From: Schizochytrium sp. TIO01 | Taxonomy: Eukaryota > Protista > Bigyra: Labyrinthulomycetes | Reading direction: 5' to 3' | NCBI GenBank assembly: GCA_004764695.1 | Contig: SMSO01000037.1 | Coordinates: forward strand, 658,747-722,746 | DNA length: 64,000 nucleotides | Part shown: piece after piece, positions 55,491-64,000 of the stretch | Position numbering within the stretch: the first letter of the stretch is position 1 | Layout of the letters: each line of letters begins with the position of its first letter | The notes under the pieces: generated by a model | Seen by the model: the letters and a program-made list of their open reading frames with translations, nothing else | Database searches by the model: none | Told to the model about the DNA's origin: nothing | Made by a program: the position numbers and the translations under genes

Positions 55491-58400
55491 TCTCTGTCTG
55501 TACCAAGATCTGTTCGAGTTGACTAAAGGAACGGGTCTTTGAGAGAACGGGTTCTTGGCAGGAAAGACTTACGAGTTCCTCTCATCTCTCTTGTAGTTCA
55601 AGTTTTAACCAAATTTAATTCGGGTTTTCTAGTCAAATAGCAGGCCTATACTTTTTATTTTATTTAAATATTAATTTTAAATTAAAATATCACATGATAG
55701 GTACTTTAAAAAACATTTTTTAAAAAATTAAAATAAAAGCAGTTTATTTAAAATAAAACATGATTATTATATTTTTTAGTTAAAAATAAATAAATAAATA
55801 AATCTAATAAAAAGAAAACCTCCTCTTTGCCGAAAGGGACCTTTTACTGTTAAAACATTTAGATTAACATAATCTGTCTGTAAAAGAGAAGTGGATTTAA
55901 TTTCGAAAGAGGAGGAGAAACCAGAAACTTGGAAGAAGAGTGGATGAGATTATTTTCGACAGAGGAGGCTGTGTTTTCCTCCTCGTCTAGGTACCTTCAC
56001 TACGCTCCCTAGCTTCTACTACTGTAGTGTCGCTGGACGATCTCGTGCTGCCGTGAGGATTTCTTGCGATCTGCAGATTGGCGATCACCCTCCCTTGGCG
56101 GCGTAGCATCATTGGCTGCTGCGTGAGCATTGGTCTGCAGCGGTTGCTTTTTTGCAGCTGGTGGAGACAGCTTATGGCTACTGTCGGTGTGACCTCAGAA
56201 TACCCGCGAGTGCACCGTTCATACCAAGCACCTAGAAGATACGTACCTAAATTTACCAGTGCCAAGAATACACCAACCAGTGGCAGCCTGAGAGATGGTG
56301 CTGAGTTGAGCACAAAACTTGCGTAGATCTTCTCTGGCTGCTTCCGATTACCTTGATCGTCTCCGTCTCTCCGCCCTGTAAGGGCTCCGACTGGTTGTGA
56401 GGGAGGAAGCAGCTTATCCCCATCCACACACGAGAGAACATTATGCGAGTTTAACCTATTGACCATTCTCAAGTTTCTGCTGCTGTTACTGTCATTTACT
56501 CATTCTATCCAGCACATTTGCAGCTTCCTAATACCAGTCTCTACATATCATAGTCTCTGTATATGTTAAAACAGGTCCGACAGGGGTGCACTTACGACAG
56601 CACGCCACCATGGTAGTATGATACGAGGAAGTTCACGGCTTAAATAATCAAGACTTTCATTTTCATTCTCAATTTACAAATCCGCAAATCCGGTTTTCTC
56701 GGTGCCGACCGTAGCGTATCTTCTACGACGTGTCTTGATAAGATCAAGGAGCCGCCTCAGCCACAGGCTATCAAGTGCGGACGAAAGCTGTGACTTTTGC
56801 CGATGCGGGTTCAGTTGTGTCTCGTGGGTATTGCTTCTGTCAGGGAACTTGTAATCTCTAACTTGAGATGAATAGCTAAGCAAAGCTGATGCAAGCGATT
56901 TCTATTGGGACTTGCCCGCGTAAAAGCCGGGAACAAACTCTTTTGTTATTGTGCAAAAATATATACATAGTCGATGTATCGCAGGCAGGCATATGAATTC
57001 ACTGGCGAGACAGATTTTATCAGAAATTATCCCTGTCAAGTTGATCATGAGCTATCTACTAAGTCCTTTTAAATAGAAATTAAATTTTCTTTTGCCGAGG
57101 TGATCGACAGTGGAAACGTCTTGCCAAAGAAAATGGCATGCATAGAACATTTTGTACTTCTCAGTAGGTACCTCCAATATTACCGTCCTCAACCTACCTC
57201 CAGCTAATTTCAAGTGCATGAAAATCGTGATTTTATCAGACCAACTGTTTACTACGCCTTGCTACACATTTGATCATTCAGAGTCGACATTCAATCAATA
57301 AAAAACTACGAAATTGGTGTTTTCGTAGAAACTGTTCATTCATTGTTGAGGTTCTTCGAAGTCCATGTCGACAATTTGTAAAAATGTATGTTTCGTAGCA
57401 AGGTCAATACATCAGAGCCTCGTACCTTCTCAACGCCATTGGGCATTGCAGCAGCACAACTGCGGAGAACATAAGCAATTAGTTACAACGCACTATACGA
57501 GTTAAATCTAAATGATTTGTTCTCCAAACAATACCTTCAAATGAAGACAGCATTCATGATTGGATCGAAGTGTACCAGCAGAGATGTCGTTTAAGGTTGA
57601 GCCGTTTTCCTTTTCTTTTCTTTTACATGTGATTTGAAGTTTGCGTGCGCATCATTCGTGTGCTGACATTGGTGGGTGAAGAGCCTGTTGGAGGGACCGC
57701 TGGCTCAAATTTGCCGTTGTAGTGTCGTTCATCAAATCCTGGACCGGCAGTGTTTTGCTAAATACACGATCTAGGGACGTTCATCCACTTTCGCTCCTAC
57801 TGCTGCATCACATCATTTTACGCGCTTACCGAGATGTCAGCATGGCGAGCCGAGCAAGTCCAAGGCCAAAGCAATTCTGGATAAAATTCAATTCATTCAG
57901 AAAAGAAAGCAGTCATTCGCGTGTTTACATCCGCTCGGTTTATGGATAGGTTCTTCTTTATCTATGTTATCTATTACTCGCGCAACGATTGGGCTGCGTT
58001 CGTGAAACACTGCTTAAACCTAAAGAGTGAGTGGGCAAGGAATAAATTTTCATAATAGTAAAATTGCTGTAGAACAAGCTAAGCAGGAGCTAGCTGGTGC
58101 GCCAATGCCAGTCACTGCCAGATGGAAAAATAGATATTTTGCTCTAGCTAGTGTCTCTAATATGACAGCAGAGTATACTCTCCCCTTTTCTTGACAATAA
58201 TGATCAACATGCGAAGCACCTGTTTCCAATTTCAAGATGGCTAATAAGAATAGCAAAACAGAGGCATTTGATCAATGAGCCTAAATTCCAAAATGCAGCG
58301 AGTGCGAGTGCGGCATGGACTAGCTGCTAAAGCCACTTCGTTTTAGGTTGCTCGCAATAAGTGCTTTTGGAATTCCTCAGTACAGGCGACACCCTGTGTT

Positions 58401-58887
58401 GCTCGCGAGCGGGATGTATCATTTGCGCGATTCGTTACTAGGTAGTAGTTTGGTATTAATGTTTCACTCAAAACCTAAGTAAGTGACGAGCCCAAAATTT
58501 TGCCTAATCCAGCCAAATCCAGCCAACTAGATCCACTTTCAATTGTTTCACCAACCGCCGCAGCAGCAGTAGTGGAGGATCAAGCCGCTACGCTTCCAGC
58601 ACATCAGTGAATTCCCATTCCAGTTTACCTTCAAGTTCTCCTCGAGCGAGCGAGTGGGCGATTACATGCAAACAATTGATCGCCGCCATGAATGGAGTGC
58701 GACGGCACGAGCCCAAGTTCTGCTCTGTCCCCTAGTCCCATCCTACATGTTACCCTAGGCCTCCCCAAATACCTTCGAAAATGCGCTCTCGGCAAGACAC
58801 GTGCCGGATCCCCCGGCTTTGCATGGCCAGCAAGAAATCAGGGCACGATCAGCCTGGGCTGAAGTGTCATCGTGCCGTTGCAGCAGT

Positions 58888-58919
<32 letters not shown>

Positions 58920-59216
58920 CAGGGCGAGGCTGGCTGTGAGAGGGCGTCTGCGTGTTTGACTCCTCCCTTCGTTTCGTGGTTTCCATCATGCTTATTGGTC
59001 TCTGCTCTTGGCGTAGCTATTCTGCCACTCGTTCCTCTCTGTGAAACGAGGAATGAAACAGGCAAAAAGAACAGAACATCGATCGATCAGACAGAACACA
59101 AAAGAGGCCGCCAGCTGCTACTGAGTCCTGCAGTTCACGCTAGGAGCGCGCAATTTCAGGGCGTCGCCTCACTTTCCACGGCAAAAAAGGGGCGAAAAGC
59201 AGTCCTGACGGAGCTC

Positions 59217-59252
<36 letters not shown>

Positions 59253-59836
59253 TCATTCCTTCATTATGATACAAGTGAGTGAATCGACAATGTCCAAGTT
59301 AACCAATCACATCGGCATTCTGGGTTCTTCAGGGTTCTTTCCCCGAAGCTTCGCGCTTTTCGCATTTGTGCCGCAAACTTCGAGGCGCTCGCACCTCTCT
59401 ACCCTAACTTTAGGTTTGGTTTTGACTTCGAAGAGGCGCATTTCCATCACAGTCATTTGCTTTCTTTTTCCCCCTCTCTTCTCACTGAAAGAAAGGCGTA
59501 ACAGGAAAAAGCCCAAATCGAAGCAAACTTAAAGGTCAAAGGTCGAAGGTTAAAGGTTAAAGGTTAAAGGTTAAAGCAGAATAACAGCGTGGATAAGAAG
59601 AAAGAGGAGAGAGCAAAACAAAAGAAAGAGACCGCCGCCAATAACAAAAATAGACAATAGAAAGGAAACGAACAAACGCTCAGTTCAGTTTTTGCGTTTG
59701 CGAAGTATCGTAACGAGCGCTGCTCAAGACTCCTCTGAAGCGCGGATGCGTGGCTCCAGAGCCGCCTCCGCCCTTCGCCTTGCCTCGAGCTGGCCTTTGG
59801 ACGTCGCCGTCGTGCGTGTCGCGTCGCGTCGCATCA

Positions 59837-59892
<56 letters not shown>
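59837..59892. repeat. (GCTT)14 microsatellite
   Basis: Directly visible. Confidence 0.93.
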
Positions 59893-59893
<1 letters not shown>

Positions 59894-61850
59894 GCAGGTT
59901 GACTGGTTTCTTTGATTCATTCTGCGCAATCTCTTCGAGGCCATTGCCACAAATCTTATTAGAACATAAGAACATGAGAACTTAAGAACATGAGAACTTG
60001 AACATGAATACATAAATACATAAATACATCGATAGATAGATAGATAGATAGATAGACCCCTGCTTAGTCTGTGGACTCCGCAGATCTCGCGAACCTCCAT
60101 AAAAGCACTGTCAGGCCCCGGCCCACCGCGAGCTGGCTGGCTTCTCGTTCATTCTTCGCCGCACCCATCTCTGTTGGAGCTGTCAGAGGGTACATAGTCC
60201 ATAGTGTGCCAGCTCCTGAATCATTTTTTGCCCTTCTTTGTTTGTTTGTTCATTACTGCTAATGTTTGGAAAGTTGTCATCGTCGAATTGATTATTATTA
60301 TTTTTTAAAATTAAAAAAAGTAAAGATCAGAGATAAATATTGAAGACCTTCTTTAGGACAGTGATATTGAAAACATTTTTTAAAATTTTCTTTTAATTTT
60401 TTTAAATAACTAAATAAAAGGTTGGAATAGTAAATCATTGATGTAGCGGAAGTTAAATAAAGGCAGATGGAGTATACAAGGTGGAAGAGCAGTCGGTAAA
60501 TAGAAACAAAGGCCTTCTGTCTGAGTGAAAGGAGAGAGAAAGAAGAAGTGAAGGTTGATAGTAGGCAGTATGGTGGCAAGATTTCTTCGCTTGGCGATCA
60601 GTGACACGACAGGTGCATGGTGGTACCTTTTTCTTTTTTTCCTTTTCTTCTTTTTTTAACTGTATGTTTATTCCTATCTACTATTTTGTTCTATGCAAAA
60701 GAAAAGGAAGAGAAGAATCGAAAACAAAAGGATTCGAAAGGGAGAGAGCGAAGGTTTCAAATTCTGGCGCTGTGCTTCGGAAAGAGCTGCATTTTACACA
60801 CGCAGAGGCATTTTATCTATGCATACGCGTGCTTTGTGCGGAACCATCGCTCCGCACATCGCAGCTCTTGAAAAGCTGCGAACCTGTCGCTTTCTGTTGC
60901 TCGGAAACTCGCTGGCTGAGGGTCGCTCGCTTTCCCTCCTCTCAGAGACTCGGTTCGACTCCACGCGACGCGACTTTCTTTGTCCACTCGGCGTTCTGCT
61001 TCTTCTCCTCCTCAAACTTAAGCCCGTTCTGTTCTTCCCTGGTTCCCTCCCCTTCAACCACCGCTGTTCCGTTTTGTTTCTCTCTTCTTCTTCTTCTTCT
61101 CCTTCTTGTTATTGCAAAAAAGACAACGAAGCGCGATGGGTGTTCTATGTCCTTTGGAGGTCTTGCTTACTGGCACTACTACTAGTAGCTAGGGGATGCT
61201 CTGTGGCGTTCTTCTCCGCTTCCTCGCATTTCCTCCTTAGCTGCCTCTTGAAACTAAGAAAGAACAGGCCAGATGTCGAAATGTGGCACAATCTTCTTTC
61301 AACAAATCAATCAATCAATCGATCGATCTGATCTATCAATCAATCGATCAATCTGATCTATCAATCAATCAATCGTTCATACAAACAAGCAAACAAACGA
61401 ACAAAACGCAAGGAAGGCAAAGCCAGAAGACGAAGGATCTTGAACGACGCTGATTCCGCCGTTTCCTTGCGATCATCGTAAACTCATTGTGACTTCGAGC
61501 GCAGTTCTCACGCTCTCTCTCTCATTCTCTCTTCTGTATCTGTCCTTCGAATCAGGGCTTAGATTAGATTTTAAAATGTTGTATGACCGGTAGAACCCTC
61601 AATCGACGAGGAGGGAGCCCGTCTGGTTTTGCCTTGCTTGAGCTTGAAGCTCGAAGGAAAGATGTTCTAAGTTTAGAAACAAACCTCATGGATGCTGTAT
61701 TTGTGATGGTCTCACGTTCCCTCCCCTGTTCTCGCTCCCTTCTTCAAGCAGCGTTTTCGAAAATTGGTTGATTTCCAGCGCTTGAATGTTATAAGTTTTA
61801 TTTTCTTAATTCCTTAATTTCTTAAAATAAATAGTATTAAACAAAAACTA

Positions 61851-62136
61851 AAAGAAACTAAAAGAAACTAAAAGAAACTAAAAGAAACTAAAAGAAACTA
61901 AAAGAAACTAAAAGAAACTAAAAGAAACTAAAAGAAACTAAAAGAAACTAAAAGAAACTAAAAGAAACTAAAAGAAACTAAAAGAAACTAAAAGAAACTA
62001 AAAGAAACTAAAAGAAACTAAAAGAAACTAAAAGAAACTAAAAGAAACTAAAAGAAACTAAAAGAAACTAAAAGAAACTAAAAGAAACTAAAAGAAACTA
62101 AAAGAAACTAAAAGAAACTAAAAGAAACTAAAAGAA
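61851..62136. repeat. Minisatellite (AAAGAAACTA)28, perfect copies
   Basis: 28 identical 10-mers at 61851-62130 plus a partial unit. Confidence 0.96.
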
Positions 62137-62849
62137 GCTCGACTACCTATTTTTAAAAGTTAAAGCTTAGAGGAGAAGAAAGAGGTTTCCTGCGGCGCCG
62201 AATCCGCAGCAGAGGTCACCCCGCTCTTGAAAAGATAAACATAGCTATTAATATACGAAATCATAACTTAGCGAAGCAAGTTACTAACTTAAAAAAAGTG
62301 CCGGCGGCGCCTCGAAACAGAACATGAAGAAGCCTCAGGTTCGACTTCCTTTGCAGAGCCTTGCGAATGCTTTGGACTCCGTGACGAGGGCACTTCAACG
62401 CAGCATACGCTGTCCATCCGCCCACGCATTCCTCCGTTTGTCCGCGTATCCATAAAGTAAACTCGCGAGCCATCGAGGCGAAAGAGGAGTCCGCAAAAGG
62501 GTTCTCACTGCTAGCCAGGCCCGTAGGCCCTGCTACGGTGATGCACGCGTGCTTTTCCCAGCTATGTTCAGACTTCTCTTTTTATTTTATTTAAAACAAG
62601 TTTTTCTTTCTAAACTTTGTTTTTTAAAGCGTTAAAACATTGGTTGTTATTCTGGATCTTTCTCTCTTTATAAAGAGAGAAAAGCCTGTGGCGAAAGAGG
62701 AGGAAAAGAGGGCTTTCAGTTCGCCTGTCCATCGTTTCGAATGATTCGATGGCGTCATGGACGCCCAAACGAGCAATTCAGAGCGCCGCGAGAGGAAAAG
62801 GACGCCTTGCTTTCTTTATTTCTTTCTTGCTCTCTTGCTCTCTCCACGC

Positions 62850-62884
<35 letters not shown>

Positions 62885-63740
62885 TGCTTTGACAAAGAGG
62901 CCGCGCGTATCCAGCCTCGCAAAGGAGCGAGCGTTTGGAGCGAGCGTTGCGGAGCCCATCTGTAGGTAGGAATCCTTTCTTTTCTAAACTTTCTACTAAA
63001 TGGATGGTGACATTCTTTCGTTGTCTCGCTTACTCTTTCATTTGACTCCGGGCTGCCTACGAGCTTGCTAGCTGGCACTAGGGGCGCTTCGCTCACTTTC
63101 ATCTTCTTGCACTATGTGGAGCTAGCTGGCTGTGAAAACTTCTTTCAGAAGCAGTGAACGTTTTAAAGTGCGTAGGGCCACATAGGAGGCGCTAGCGAAG
63201 AGAGGTCGCAAGAGAAGTACCAAGTTGGCACACGGGCATCCTTTTAGGGCTCTTGGCACTTTCAACTAAAAGAATACAAAGGTCAAATCAAAACAATTAT
63301 AATCAAATAAGTTTATTTAAAACCAAAAGTTTTGAAAAGAGTTCAAAGTTTTGGGGAAACCAACCGATTTTTTAGGTGGTAATACAGCAAAACCAACCTA
63401 TCGTAGGCGCTCATTCTCTTCATCTCGAAGAGCGCTGAAAGAGCAAATGCCAAAGACCGACGAGTTGCTTCGAGTCTACGTGCAGGTCTGCTTATAATGA
63501 TCACCGTGGTATATGGACAGGCACCATCGCCATTGACGCAAGCGCATTGCGGAGCCAAGGCAGGGCAAGTGCGGCCTCGTGAACGTTATCAGAGGGTACC
63601 TCAGTGACACGTGACGGTGCAAGTGCCATTGGCGCTTCCTTCTTCTTGGCCAATATCGCGAAGATCTGACTTGAGCTGAGGACGACTCGATATCAGAGCG
63701 ACGCTTCGGGTCAGTGAAACCGACCGTTCGCAGACCGATT

Positions 63741-63896
63741 GTTTGTTTGTTTGTTTGTTTGTTTGTTTGTTTGTTTGTTTGTTTGTTTGTTTGTTTGTTT
63801 GTTTGTTTGTTTGTTTGTTTGTTTGTTTGTTTGTTTGTTTGTTTGTTTGTTTGTTTGTTTGTTTGTTTGTTTGTTTGTTTGTTTGTTTGTTTGTTT
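63741..63896. repeat. (GTTT)39 microsatellite
   Basis: Directly visible. Confidence 0.95.
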
Positions 63897-64000
63897 GGCC
63901 TCAAAGAAAAGATCATTCATTACCTGCAAGGCTGACAAAGCGAAGAAATCGAGGCAACGCTCTGCAATCCCGTCTGTCGCGCTGATTGACCTGCCATAGC

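Noticed and set aside
60906-60972. tRNA-like A box (TGGCTGAGGG) and B box (GGTTCGACTCC)
   Set aside because: The acceptor and T stems do not pair and the box spacing is short, so no cloverleaf forms.
61851-63896. Telomeric arrays
   Set aside because: The units AAAGAAACTA and GTTT are not G-rich telomere repeats and are flanked by ordinary sequence.

Overview
This is eukaryotic nuclear DNA. Its mostly intronless genes, microsatellite-rich spacers, AP2 factor and TmcB-like protein suggest a stramenopile, probably a thraustochytrid; this is an inference. Host genes: a partial CDC48/AFG2-type AAA ATPase, a sulfotransferase, an ankyrin protein, RAB3GAP2, an AP2-domain transcription factor, a frameshift-split UEV/F-box/Tudor-like/SUMO-like protein, a TmcB-like PAS membrane protein, a two-exon SHIPPO-repeat protein, mitochondrial IF2 and Pol III subunit RPC6. 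The main result is an apparently intact 2.2-kb IS607-family transposon at 18321-20536 on the minus strand. It encodes a serine transposase and a Fanzor2/TnpB RNA-guided nuclease whose reading frame is open in +1 across the whole transposase gene. An internally deleted relative at about 43585-44495 on the plus strand allows the omegaRNA scaffold, pseudoknot, right end and guide to be predicted by comparison. A conserved splice-donor motif 8 nt before the transposase ATG suggests that splicing could switch expression between transposase and nuclease. A second unexplained structure is a mirror-spaced 4+4 array of a 13-bp motif at 6388-6578. All family assignments come from motif recognition by eye; no database searches were run.
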